From Patescibacteria group bacterium (GTDB lineage Bacteria > Patescibacteriota > Patescibacteriia > UBA2196): a stretch of DNA of 64,000 nucleotides. The notes beneath the pieces were generated by a model. That model saw only the letters and a program-made list of their open reading frames with translations, had not been told where the DNA came from and made no database searches. Location of the stretch: NCBI GenBank assembly GCA_036845805.1, contig DAIUDD010000002.1, positions 55,868 through 119,867 of the forward strand, read 5' to 3'. The translations under genes and the position numbers were made by a program. Shown piece by piece: positions 37,266-47,411 of the stretch; the first letter of the stretch is position 1; each line of letters begins with the position of its first letter.

Positions 37266-38395
37266 GATTGATTTTTGTGTAAAATATCTTGGTAATGATC
37301 TAAAAAATAACTTTCAAAATCTTCGCTGCCGCTTGTGCTATAAGCCGCAAAAAATTGCCAAATTCTTTCAGACAAGATATCTCGCCCGTATTTCTCATAA
37401 TACCTCCTCATTATTTTATCATTTGTTAATAATTCTGTAACGCTCGCCGCCATAGCAGCACCTTCTTGTTGTTTTTCATCGTTCAACATCTTTTGTAATT
37501 TTGATTTATCAGCACTTAATAATTTAGCTCTAAAATTATCAAAACTTGGCTCATTTTCTTTTTTAAATCCTGTTTTATAAGTCCTAATTATTTCTTCGGT
37601 TAAAATACTTTGGGGATATTGGTAACTTTTTAATTTATTAGGACAAAGTTCTAAAATTATTTTTTCATCATCTGCGGAGAGCTTAATCTTTTCCATGACC
37701 GGATTAATTATGCTGTGCAAAAATTCATGAATTTCATTAATTTCGTTGCCAAGCTCGGCGCTGACATAATAATTTTCATCTATCTCCAAACCGTAGCCTG
37801 ATTGTTCCTTGGTTAAAGGGTTGGTTGGCAAATAAATAATTTTTTTGAGGCGCGATGGCCGAGGATTAAAAAATTTTATTGCTTCATTAATCTTCCTCTC
37901 TAATTCTGGAAGTTGCTCTTTTCTTTTATCAATATCATGACTAGTAAAATTTATGATCTCAGATAAGTCTATTTTTTCTTTTATCTGCAAATAAAAACTA
38001 ATGAATCTCAAAAGTAGTTCTAAAGCATCTTCCTGGTTAAAATCCTTGTATTTAACCATTTGATCAATAATTGCCTGCTGTGATTTTTGGTCTTTTCCAG
38101 CCACAAAAGCTAACCATCTTAAAGTTTCCTCGTCGTCATGAGCTAATCGTTTAATTTCGTCATAAGCAGTTAATAATTCCTCGCTTATTTCAACTTGTTG
38201 ATTTTTAATTATTTCGGTCGCCTGTTTATTTTGTTCATTTCCCCAACGATGGTCGATTGTTTTTGAGATGGCAGAAAATATAATACTTGATTCTATATCA
38301 CTAAAACCACCAATTTCAATTTTTGGTTCAAATTTTTCTTTTTGTTCGTTTTCATTAATTTCTATTTTAATGTCCATAATTATTAGCCATGACAT
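37262..38395 (-). CDS. Hypothetical protein with an HExxH zinc-metallopeptidase motif (NEIHEFLHSIIN)
   Basis: Single HEFLH motif; start ambiguous (Met at 38395 or 38377). Confidence 0.45.
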   Translation of the reverse strand: MSWLIIMDIKIEINENEQKEKFEPKIEIGGFSDIESSIIFSAISKTIDHRWGNEQNKQATEIIKNQQVEISEELLTAYDEIKRLAHDDEETLRWLAFVAGKDQKSQQAIIDQMVKYKDFNQEDALELLLRFISFYLQIKEKIDLSEIINFTSHDIDKRKEQLPELERKINEAIKFFNPRPSRLKKIIYLPTNPLTKEQSGYGLEIDENYYVSAELGNEINEIHEFLHSIINPVMEKIKLSADDEKIILELCPNKLKSYQYPQSILTEEIIRTYKTGFKKENEPSFDNFRAKLLSADKSKLQKMLNDEKQQEGAAMAASVTELLTNDKIMRRYYEKYGRDILSERIWQFFAAYSTSGSEDFESYFLDHYQDILHKNQS

Positions 38396-38468
38396 TTCTT
38401 AAATTTTTTTACACTTCCGTCCCTCCTTTCGCGAAAAGAGGGGCTTTGCTTAGTTTAACAAAAAAACT

Positions 38469-41288
38469 TTATTTGCCATGACAATGCTTAAATTTAATTG
38501 GTGAGCCATCTGGTTTAGTCGCTCCGCATGGGCAGGGGTCATTACGGCCGACTTTTTCTTTATTCACAGTTAATTTGGAGTTTACATCTACTTGTTGCTG
38601 ATCGCTAAAAACTTGTCGCTGACTGGCGGTTGGCGAAACAGAAACTTTAAAAATAGAATAGACAACTTGCCTTCTGATATTTTCCAACAACTCTTTAAAC
38701 AGGCGGTGAGCTTGATTTTTATATTCCACCAGTGGATCTTTCTGGCCATAACCCACGAGGCCAATACCGGTTCTCATGTGATCCATGGCATCAATATGCT
38801 CGACCCACAAAGTATCAATCGAGCGCAAAAGAATGGTGGTCTCGATTAAATTCATGGGCTTTATTTTTTCGCCAAATTGCTTTTTAAGATTTTCATCATT
38901 ATTAATTTTGTTTTCAAGTTCCGTGTATTGCTCTGCAGCTAACTGATAAAAATAGTTAATCAATTTTTCTTTTAAATTATTGCCCTCAATTTCTTTATTT
39001 CTTAATTGCTCTATTTCCAGTGTTTCTTTGGCAGAAAAGATCGTGTTCATAACCTCGAAAATCTCTTTTAGATTCCACTCGCTTTCATGTTCGCTTGAGG
39101 TGTGAAAATTAACCACATTCACAATTTCATCTTTAACATAATCTAAAACAATTTCCCTTAATTTCTTTATTTCTTTATTTCTTAATTTCTCATTATCTTG
39201 TCCGCGTAAGTCAGCGTTATCTTCCGCGTTAGTCCGCGCTAATAATAAGATTTCATTTCTTTTGCGATAGATGGTTTCGCGATGCTTATTAATCACGTCA
39301 TCATATTCAACCAAGTGTTTTCTAATGTCAAAATTATGTCCTTCAACTTTCATCTGCGCTTTTTCAATGGAATTAGAAATTAATTTATTTTCAATGGGCA
39401 TGCCGTCAGGCAAACCCAAAGTGTTCATTAAAGATTTTAATCTTTCGCCGCCAAAAATGCGCATCAAATCATCTTCCATGGAAACAAAAAATTGTGATTC
39501 ACCCGAATCCCCCTGACGGCCAGCACGACCGCGCAATTGATTATCAATCCGTCGCGACTCATGACGTTCCGAACCAATCACACATAAGCCCCCCGCGGCC
39601 TTAACCTTTTCTTGTTCTGACAAATCAGGCGGATTGCCACCAAGAATAATGTCGACACCGCGGCCGGCCATATTGGTAGCAATAGTGACGGCACCTAATT
39701 TTCCGGCTTGAGCGATAATTTCGGCCTCTTTTTCGTGTTGTTTAGCATTTAAAACTTGGTGTGGCACACCAGCACGAGATAATAACTCAGATAAATATTC
39801 ATTATTTTCAATAGAAATGGTACCCACTAAAACTGGTTGGCCTTTTTCGTGTCTCTTTTTAACTTCTTGCACAATAAAATTATATTTTTCCTCAACAGTT
39901 TTTAAAATTACATCGGATTTATCTAGGCGCACCATGGGTTTATTAGTCGGAATAATAATAACATCTAAATTATAAATCTTAGCAAACTCCTCGCCCTCGG
40001 TCGCAGCCGTGCCGGTCATGCCGGATAATTTTTGATACATGCGAAAATAATTTTGAAAAGTAATGGTGGCCATGGTAACTGATTCTTGCTTAATTTGCAC
40101 CCCTTCCTTGGCTTCAATGGCTTGATGCAAACCATCAGAATAGCGCCGACCAAGCATTAAGCGGCCAGTAAACTCGTCGACAATAATAATTTCGCCGTCT
40201 TTAGTCACATAATCACGGTCTTTTTTAAATAAAACGCGAGCACGCAGCGCCTGTTCAACATGGTGAACATCGCGAATGCCTCGATCAGTATAAATATTTT
40301 CTACACCTAACCATTTTTCCATTTTTTTAATACCCGCTTCTGTCAAAGTGGCGCTTTTCATTTTTTCATCAATATTGTAATCAGTGTTTTCTTCCAGACG
40401 GGAAACTAATTGAGAAAATTGCCGATATTTATCAGTTGGTTCGGAATCAGGCGCGGAAATAATTAAAGGAGTGCGCGCCTCATCAATTAAAATTGAATCA
40501 ACTTCATCGACAATAACAAAATGCAAAGAACGCTGAACTTTATAATTCAAACTTTGTACCATGTTATCACGCAAATAATCAAAGCCAAATTCATTATTAG
40601 TACCATAAGTAATATCAGCCCCATAAGCTAGTCGCCGCGGCACTGGTAATAAATAATCTTCCACTATTTTATACCCACCCACCACATCGCGTTTTTTATC
40701 TAATTCATCTTTTTTATCATTTTGAATTTCTAAATTTGAATTTGTTTCTGATTTCGGATTTTGAATTTCTGATTTATCTTGATAAAGATAGGCTATTTCA
40801 TGATTTAAACAACCAGTGCTTAAACCCAAATAAGCATAAACTTGCCCCATCCAAACAGCATCGCGACGAGCTAAATAATCATTAACGGTAATCACATGGA
40901 CTCCGCGGCCAGTTAAGGCATTTAAATAAACGGCAGCGGTAGCAGCCAAGGTTTTACCTTCACCGGTTTTCATTTCCGAAATATTGCCTTCATGTAAAAC
41001 CATGCTAGCCAAGAGCTGCACATCATAATGTCGCTGGCCCAAAGTTCTTTTAGCGGCCTCGCGTACCAAGGCAAAACATTCCGGTAAAATTTCGTTTAAA
41101 ATATTTTGTTGCTCGGCATATTCCTTGTCGGCTAGTTTTTCTTTAAATTCTTGGGTTCGCTGCTTAAATTCGGACGCAGTTAAACTCTGGATTTTTTGTT
41201 CCAGAGCATTGATTTCCTCAACTCGTTTTTGTAGACGATTGATAACTTTTTCATTAGCATCGCCAAATATTTTTGATAAAAGAGACAT
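38469..41288 (-). CDS. secA: Preprotein translocase ATPase SecA
   Basis: DEAD-like motor motifs, full length, C-terminal zinc site CPCGATKPDGSPIKFKHCHGK; contains AT-rich low-complexity in-frame inserts. Confidence 0.9.
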   Translation of the reverse strand: MSLLSKIFGDANEKVINRLQKRVEEINALEQKIQSLTASEFKQRTQEFKEKLADKEYAEQQNILNEILPECFALVREAAKRTLGQRHYDVQLLASMVLHEGNISEMKTGEGKTLAATAAVYLNALTGRGVHVITVNDYLARRDAVWMGQVYAYLGLSTGCLNHEIAYLYQDKSEIQNPKSETNSNLEIQNDKKDELDKKRDVVGGYKIVEDYLLPVPRRLAYGADITYGTNNEFGFDYLRDNMVQSLNYKVQRSLHFVIVDEVDSILIDEARTPLIISAPDSEPTDKYRQFSQLVSRLEENTDYNIDEKMKSATLTEAGIKKMEKWLGVENIYTDRGIRDVHHVEQALRARVLFKKDRDYVTKDGEIIIVDEFTGRLMLGRRYSDGLHQAIEAKEGVQIKQESVTMATITFQNYFRMYQKLSGMTGTAATEGEEFAKIYNLDVIIIPTNKPMVRLDKSDVILKTVEEKYNFIVQEVKKRHEKGQPVLVGTISIENNEYLSELLSRAGVPHQVLNAKQHEKEAEIIAQAGKLGAVTIATNMAGRGVDIILGGNPPDLSEQEKVKAAGGLCVIGSERHESRRIDNQLRGRAGRQGDSGESQFFVSMEDDLMRIFGGERLKSLMNTLGLPDGMPIENKLISNSIEKAQMKVEGHNFDIRKHLVEYDDVINKHRETIYRKRNEILLLARTNAEDNADLRGQDNEKLRNKEIKKLREIVLDYVKDEIVNVVNFHTSSEHESEWNLKEIFEVMNTIFSAKETLEIEQLRNKEIEGNNLKEKLINYFYQLAAEQYTELENKINNDENLKKQFGEKIKPMNLIETTILLRSIDTLWVEHIDAMDHMRTGIGLVGYGQKDPLVEYKNQAHRLFKELLENIRRQVVYSIFKVSVSPTASQRQVFSDQQQVDVNSKLTVNKEKVGRNDPCPCGATKPDGSPIKFKHCHGK

Positions 41289-41436
41289 AAAAGCGTTTAA
41301 AGATAGCTAAATTTTAACAAAATTAGCTACAAAAAGCAAATTTGACGCTTTAAAATAAAATGTGTTAAATTATTAATAATTAAAAATAAAAAATAATAAA
41401 TTATAAACCAATAAAAAACTTTAAAAAGGGGGCCCT

Positions 41437-42045
41437 ATGAATCACCAAAAACCTTTCTTTGTTGTTTTCGAGGGAATTGACAAAAGTGGTAAAGATACAC
41501 AAGCAGATTTATTGGTAAAATACATTAAAAACAACTTGGGGAAAAAAGTATTTTTTACTTTCGAGCCCACAAGGAGCAATGTGTTTGGGAGATTAATTCA
41601 TTTGATGCTGGCTAAGCACATTAAAATTTCACCTCTGTTTTTTCAAAGAATGTACTACTGGGATCGCTGCTGTCATGTGCGCCAAATAAAAAGGCGGTTA
41701 AATCTTGGCTATACAGTGATTTGTTGCCGTTATTTTTTTTCAACCATCGCTTATGGTTATAGCGCTGGCATAAACCCACAGAAAATAGTTAATTGGCACA
41801 AAAAAATGCCATTGCCAGATCTTGTCTTTTATTTAGAAATTGAAGCCGCAGAAGCCATGCGCCGCTTAAAAAAACAAGGTGCTCAAGGTGAACTCTTTGA
41901 AAAAAAAAGCTTTCTAAACAAGGTAATTGCAGGTTATAATTTTTGCCGACAAAAATTTCCAGATATTTGGCAAACAATTCCAGCTCAAGGTAATCAAATC
42001 AGTGTTTTTGAACACATTAGAACGACTTTTATAATAAAAACATAA
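41437..42045 (+). CDS. tmk: Thymidylate kinase
   Basis: P-loop FVVFEGIDKSGKDTQ; DR(C) motif; lid region. Confidence 0.8.
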   Translation: MNHQKPFFVVFEGIDKSGKDTQADLLVKYIKNNLGKKVFFTFEPTRSNVFGRLIHLMLAKHIKISPLFFQRMYYWDRCCHVRQIKRRLNLGYTVICCRYFFSTIAYGYSAGINPQKIVNWHKKMPLPDLVFYLEIEAAEAMRRLKKQGAQGELFEKKSFLNKVIAGYNFCRQKFPDIWQTIPAQGNQISVFEHIRTTFIIKT

Positions 42046-42055
42046 AAAAGGAACA

Positions 42056-42080
42056 GTCCCGTGCTACGGGACTTTTTTTA
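42056..42080 (+). terminator. Terminator after tmk (gtcccgtgctacgggac + T-run)
   Basis: Perfect hairpin plus T-run. Confidence 0.6.
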
Positions 42081-42133
42081 TTTAAAAAATTATGATAAAG
42101 TTAAAACAGAATAAATTAAATTAGTGTCTAGCT

Positions 42134-42172
42134 ACGGGATTCCTCGTCGCTTCACTCCTCGGAATGACAACC
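42134..42172. repeat. Family-1 palindromic element half-site that supplies the gatB start codon
   Basis: acgggattcctcgtcgcttcactcctcggaATGACAACC; the ATG of gatB is the atg of ggaatgaca. Confidence 0.55.
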
Positions 42173-43687
42173 GCAAAAAACTATCAACCAACTATCGGCC
42201 TGGAAATTCATATAGAATTGAAAACCAAAACCAAGATGTTTTGTGGTTGTTTAAATGAAAATGAAAAAATTGGCAGCGCAGAAATTTTGGCTGCCAATAA
42301 AAATGTTTGTCCAATTTGTCTGGCGCATCCAGGCACCATGCCAGTGCCAAATGTAGCAGCCATAAAAGCAGTTATTAAAGCTGGCCTGGCCCTAAATTGT
42401 GAATTGGCAGAAAAATCAAAATTCGACCGCAAGCAATATTTTTATCCGGACTTACCCAAGGGTTATCAAATTTCCCAATATGATGCGCCACTATGCCAAG
42501 ATGGCTATCTAGAAATTAATCAGAAAAAAATTGGGATCACCAGAATTCACTTAGAAGAAGATACGGCCAAACTAACACATACCAAAGAAGGAACGCTAAT
42601 CGATTTTAATCGCGCTGGCGTGCCTTTAATGGAACTGGTAACTGAACCAGAAATTGAATCAGGGGCAGAAGCTAAAGAATTCTGCCAGGAATTACAGGCG
42701 ATTTTACGCGAACTGGAAATTTCTGATGCCAATATGGAAAAGGGTCAGATGCGCTGTGAAGTTAATATTTCTCTCTCGGCTACAAAAAATCTCGGTACTA
42801 AAGTAGAAATAAAAAATTTAAACTCTTTCCGCGCAGTAGAAAAATCGATTGATTATGAAATAAAAAGACAAACTAAAATTTTAGAGGCTAATGAAAAAAT
42901 TATCCAGGAAACGCGTGGTTGGAACGAAAGCGTGGCAGAAACTTTTTCCCAGCGCGCCAAAGAGGGTTCGGCTGATTATCGTTATTTCCCCGAACCAGAT
43001 ATTCCGCCGCTTATTTTTAAAGCAAACAATAAAGAGATCGATCTGAAAAAAATAAAACGAGAATTGCCAGAATTGCCGGCTGATAAAAGAAAAAGATTCA
43101 GCGAGGAATATGGTTTTAATAATTCTGATGCAAAAATTATTACGAGCGATCCCCTCTTGGCCGACTATACTGAAAGAATTGTTTCAGAAATAAAAATTTG
43201 GCTACAAGATTGTGGCGAATTTGAAGGCACCGCAGAAGAAATCTGGCAAAATAATAAAGATAAGGCATTTAAATTAATGGCTGGCTGGCTCACGAGTAAA
43301 TTAGCCGGCTTATTGACCGCGCGCAAATTAAGTTGGGCAGAAAATACCATTAGCGCGGAAAATATGGCCGAATTTATTACCATGATTTTAACGAAAAAAG
43401 TTTCCAGCAAAAACGCTAATATTCTTTTAGAAAAAATGCTCGAAACTGGGGGTGATCCATCACAAATTTTGGAAGATGAGGATTTAAAGACAACTACTGA
43501 TTTTGATTTGGAAAAAGTAATAACAGAAATAATTAATAAAAATCCCGAACAGGTCGCTCAATTTAAAGCTGGTAAGGTTGCTCTGTTAAAATTTTTCTTA
43601 GGCCAAGTGATGAAAGAGTCAAAAGGTCAAGCAGAACCAATGGAAGCAGAACAAATATTGATAAAAAAACTAAGTGATAAAAATTAA
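42164..43687 (+). CDS. gatB: Asp-tRNA(Asn)/Glu-tRNA(Gln) amidotransferase subunit B
   Basis: IGLEIHIEL, the CPIC...HPG region, and the C-terminal YqeY-like domain. Confidence 0.9.
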   Translation: MTTAKNYQPTIGLEIHIELKTKTKMFCGCLNENEKIGSAEILAANKNVCPICLAHPGTMPVPNVAAIKAVIKAGLALNCELAEKSKFDRKQYFYPDLPKGYQISQYDAPLCQDGYLEINQKKIGITRIHLEEDTAKLTHTKEGTLIDFNRAGVPLMELVTEPEIESGAEAKEFCQELQAILRELEISDANMEKGQMRCEVNISLSATKNLGTKVEIKNLNSFRAVEKSIDYEIKRQTKILEANEKIIQETRGWNESVAETFSQRAKEGSADYRYFPEPDIPPLIFKANNKEIDLKKIKRELPELPADKRKRFSEEYGFNNSDAKIITSDPLLADYTERIVSEIKIWLQDCGEFEGTAEEIWQNNKDKAFKLMAGWLTSKLAGLLTARKLSWAENTISAENMAEFITMILTKKVSSKNANILLEKMLETGGDPSQILEDEDLKTTTDFDLEKVITEIINKNPEQVAQFKAGKVALLKFFLGQVMKESKGQAEPMEAEQILIKKLSDKN

Positions 43688-43712
43688 TTTTTCTAACTTT
43701 TTATCATAATAA

Positions 43713-43737
43713 AAAGCCCAGAAATTTTGGGCTTTTT
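43713..43737. terminator. Bidirectional terminator (aaagcccagaaattttgggcttt) between gatB and miaA
   Basis: Perfect hairpin flanked by A and T runs. Confidence 0.65.
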
Positions 43738-43750
43738 AAATTAACGGGTT

Positions 43751-44719
43751 TTATTTTAAAAAAAGATTAACCAATTTTTCCGCTGAATCATAATTTTTTA
43801 CCCACTTAATTCTTTTATCTCTTTTAAACCAAGTCAACTGGCGTTTGGCAAATTGATGAATGGCAATTTTTAATAATTTAATCATTTCTTCTTTGGGATA
43901 CTGACCGCGCAAATAGCGAGAAATATAGCGATATTCCAAACCAAAATCATCCAACCGCTGCCAACTGACTCCTTTTTGGTGTAACAGTTCTATTTCTTTA
44001 ATCATCCCCTCTCTCAGACGCTCATCAACCCGCTGGTCTATTCTTTGATTAATAATTTCACGGGGAAATTTAATGCCAATAATAAGCGGATTAAAAAGCG
44101 GGTTTTTTTTCTGCCGCAAAGCAGAAAACTTGTGTCCAGATAAACAAACCTCAAGTGCGCGGTCTAGACGTCGTGGGTTTTTAGTATCTACAAATTCTAA
44201 AGCGGCTGGATCTAATTTTTTTAATAATTTTATTTTTTCCAAAGTTTCCATTTTTTCGATTTTTTTTCTCAATTTTATGTTGGGCTTAACAGCGGGAATA
44301 TTATAATTATCAATCAAAGCGGAAAGATAAAGGCCGGTACCGCCAACCACGATGGGCAATTTACCACGCGCGATGACATTATTAATGGCTTTTAGTGCTA
44401 ATTTTTTATATTTAGCGACATTAAATTTTTGATTCGGATTAACCACATCAATTAGATGATAAGGGACAAAAGAATTGTCATTCCGGACTTGATCCGGAAT
44501 CCACTTATTTTTATTTCTGGATCCCAGCTTTCGCTGGGATGACAAACTATATTCGCTCAAATCTTTGCCAGTGCCAAGATCCATGCCGCGATAAACTTGT
44601 CTCGAGTCAACAGAAATAATTTCGCCATTAAATTTGGCAGCTAATTTGACAGCTAATTTTGTTTTACCAGTAGCTGTGGGACCGAGAATAACAATGATTT
44701 TTGGTTTTAATATTGACAT
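43751..44719 (-). CDS. miaA: tRNA dimethylallyltransferase with an in-frame palindromic-element insertion
   Basis: P-loop GPTATGKT, ISVDSRQVYRGMDLGTGK; the element at 44475-44546 adds about 27 aa (LSEYSLSSQRKLGSRNKNKWIPDQVRNDNSF) between the GTGK and HLID motifs. Confidence 0.85.
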   Translation of the reverse strand: MSILKPKIIVILGPTATGKTKLAVKLAAKFNGEIISVDSRQVYRGMDLGTGKDLSEYSLSSQRKLGSRNKNKWIPDQVRNDNSFVPYHLIDVVNPNQKFNVAKYKKLALKAINNVIARGKLPIVVGGTGLYLSALIDNYNIPAVKPNIKLRKKIEKMETLEKIKLLKKLDPAALEFVDTKNPRRLDRALEVCLSGHKFSALRQKKNPLFNPLIIGIKFPREIINQRIDQRVDERLREGMIKEIELLHQKGVSWQRLDDFGLEYRYISRYLRGQYPKEEMIKLLKIAIHQFAKRQLTWFKRDKRIKWVKNYDSAEKLVNLFLK

Positions 44720-44808
44720 AATATAATTAATATGATAAATTATATTAACTAAACAAAGTTAATAAAAAAATTAATAAAAAGATAAAATTCACATCGGGAG
44801 GATGGGCA

Positions 44809-45435
44809 ATGGAATTATCAGAAAAAATATTTTTGTATTTTTTGATTATTCTCCAGACAATGTTCATGCCGGAAAGCTCGGTGCCGGTTTGGACAGCCAT
44901 GGAATTACTGTGGTGGCAGGTTTTTTTTATTGTTTCCTGTTTTGCCAATGTCCCGGTGGCTATTATTTTCTGGCCACATCGGTTTGCTAGACTTATTATA
45001 GCACAAAAAAAAATGGCGCAATTTTACCGCCAATGGCAGAATTGGAAAAAAGAAGAAATAAAAGCCACCATCAATAGTATAAAAAAAATTACAGACAAAA
45101 AAACTACTAGTCTGCCGTTTTTAAAAATAATGGTTGGCTGGATTGTTGTTCTGGTCACCATTATTGCCACTTGGTGTAAACTGATTAAAGAAAAGGCAAA
45201 AAAAAGCTTACACCACGCCAGCAATCGAGTAATCGATTGGCTACGGGGACTTGGCTACACCGGCGTTATTATTGGTGCCGGCACACCTCTTTTGCCTGGT
45301 GCCAGACCAGGCGGGTTAGCAGCGGCTTTAATTCTAGGAACAAAGCAAGCAAAGCTGCTGTTCATTTTGTGCGAGGAGCTAAGGATATTGTGCGAGGCGT
45401 ATCTTTGTTCCTTGGGCGTGCAATTATTTCAATAA
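44809..45435 (+). CDS. Hypothetical membrane protein (208 aa)
   Basis: Several TM helices; Gly-rich GVIIGAGTPLLPGARPGGLAAALILG segment. Confidence 0.45.
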   Translation: MELSEKIFLYFLIILQTMFMPESSVPVWTAMELLWWQVFFIVSCFANVPVAIIFWPHRFARLIIAQKKMAQFYRQWQNWKKEEIKATINSIKKITDKKTTSLPFLKIMVGWIVVLVTIIATWCKLIKEKAKKSLHHASNRVIDWLRGLGYTGVIIGAGTPLLPGARPGGLAAALILGTKQAKLLFILCEELRILCEAYLCSLGVQLFQ

Positions 45436-45611
45436 TTTAGCATGCCCGGCATATTTTTTTACAACCTCGAGGCGAGATATTTGGCCAGCCAAAGTCCCGC
45501 CTTTTTTATTTTTAATTTTTTGTTTCTTTTTAAGAATTTCTCTCTTTTCAGATTTGGTTTTTTTCATACGCCAGAACCCCATACATTGGGGCTTTTTATT
45601 TTATTTATTAA

Positions 45612-47012
45612 TCAGCGACTTTGAATATTTTTAACTTTATTCGATACCAACTCCCCTTCTAAATTCCAAATATTGGCTTTAGTAATCTTTACTCGAATAA
45701 AATTACCAATTAATTTGGAACTGATTGGTCTTGGATTATCTAAAATTTTTATTCTTTTAAAATTTCTGGTTTTACCAAAAGCCACGCCATTTTTTACCTG
45801 ATCAACTAAAACCCCCGTTATTAAGCCTAACATTTTTTGATTATTTTCTAAAGCTGTCTTTTTTAAAACCTCATTTAAAACATCTCTTCTTTTTTCTTTT
45901 TCTATGGCGGAAACATTGTCTTTTAATTTAAAGGCGGCGGTACCGGGACGCGGCGAATAGGTGGCCAAATAAGCCATATCAAATTTTATTTTTTCCATAG
46001 CTTTTTTGGTTTTTTTAAAATCGGCTTCTAACTCGCCAGGGAAGCCCACAATTATATCTGTGGAAATATTAATCTTTTTGTTGAGCTGACGAATTTTTTT
46101 AATTAAATCTTCATAATGCTCTAGATTATAATGACGATTCATGGCTTTAAGAATTTTGTTTGAACCAGTTTGCAGAGGCAAATGTAAATAAGGTACTAAA
46201 TGAAAACAAGTGCTAAAACATTTTATTAACTCCGCGGTCATATCTTTAGGATGAGAAGTAAGAAATGATAACCAATAATCACCTGGAATTTTATCAATCA
46301 TTTTTAATAGTTCAACAAAACCTATCTTTTTTATCATTTTTCTGGTACTAGTAATTATCTCTTGAATATTGCTATATGAATTTACATTTTGGCCAAGTAA
46401 AATTATTTCTTTACAACCTCGAACAATTAAATTGTTCACCTCTTCTAAAATTTCTTTAACTGGCCGAGAATATTCCTGACCCCGAGTATAAGGCACGGCA
46501 CAGTAGGAACAAAAGTTATTACAACCAGTCATAACCGGCACATAGGCGCTATAATGGGAAGAATATTGGGGTTTAATATTTAAATATTCATTATCATAAT
46601 TTGTTTTAATGCTTTTACCTGCCTGCGACGCCAGCAAACTGGCTCGCTTGGCAGACAGGTGTTTTAATGAATTAATTTTTTGTGGCCATTCATTTAACTT
46701 TTTAATAGCCAAGATTATTATCCCCTTTTCTGCAAATTTCTTTTTATCTGAGGATAAAATGCAGCCAGTTAAAATTATCTGCTGTTTTTTTTTATTTTTA
46801 TTTTGTTTTTCAATTTTATTAATGATTCCCCAAATCCGATCAATAGCATGCTGACGCACTGAGCATAGATTATAAATTAAAAAATCAGCTTGGCTTGATG
46901 TGGTTTGTTTAAAACCCGCTTGTTCCAAAACAGCCACAATCCGTTCGGAATCAGCATAATTCATCTGGCAGCCAAAAGTGGTTAAATTAAAAATGGGCGC
47001 CAATTTTTTCAT
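45612..47012 (-). CDS. miaB: MiaB-family radical SAM methylthiotransferase
   Basis: N-terminal MTTase domain (FGCQMN), radical SAM CNNFCSYCAVP, TRAM domain. Confidence 0.85.
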   Translation of the reverse strand: MKKLAPIFNLTTFGCQMNYADSERIVAVLEQAGFKQTTSSQADFLIYNLCSVRQHAIDRIWGIINKIEKQNKNKKKQQIILTGCILSSDKKKFAEKGIIILAIKKLNEWPQKINSLKHLSAKRASLLASQAGKSIKTNYDNEYLNIKPQYSSHYSAYVPVMTGCNNFCSYCAVPYTRGQEYSRPVKEILEEVNNLIVRGCKEIILLGQNVNSYSNIQEIITSTRKMIKKIGFVELLKMIDKIPGDYWLSFLTSHPKDMTAELIKCFSTCFHLVPYLHLPLQTGSNKILKAMNRHYNLEHYEDLIKKIRQLNKKINISTDIIVGFPGELEADFKKTKKAMEKIKFDMAYLATYSPRPGTAAFKLKDNVSAIEKEKRRDVLNEVLKKTALENNQKMLGLITGVLVDQVKNGVAFGKTRNFKRIKILDNPRPISSKLIGNFIRVKITKANIWNLEGELVSNKVKNIQSR

Positions 47013-47411
47013 GGACTTAGTTTAACATAAAATTGTTCACTTTTCAAGATTTATGACTAAACAAAAAATACCGATTGAACGGTATTTTTGTTTTTGTTTT
47101 TTGAATTGTATTTTACAAGGAACGCCTCGTTTGTCGAGGTTTATTTTTTATACCCCGGCCTGATTATTTTTTGCGGCTATTTTTATTTTTTTTAGCCGCC
47201 GATTGGCCAGTGGCTAAATTAAATAAAAATGAGAGAGCTTAAAAAAATAATAAGTGACAGAAGGAAAAAAATTTTAGTGTAAAGAGCAAACTCGGGCGTG
47301 ACCACAAAATACAATTCTTTTAAAGGTGCGGGCATAAGTGAATTTTGCGCTTATTCGAACCAACAGTAATAAGTATAGCATGAATTTTATAAAAAGTCAA
47401 ACAAAAAAATG

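Noticed and set aside
45424-45567. 47-aa Lys-rich minus-strand ORF (MKKTKSEKREILKKKQKIKNKKGGTLAGQISRLEVVKKYAGHAKLLK) that looked ribosomal-protein-like
   Set aside because: No recognisable RBS, no match to L31-L36, S20 or S21 signatures. It overlaps a plus-strand terminator hairpin. Kept only as a note.
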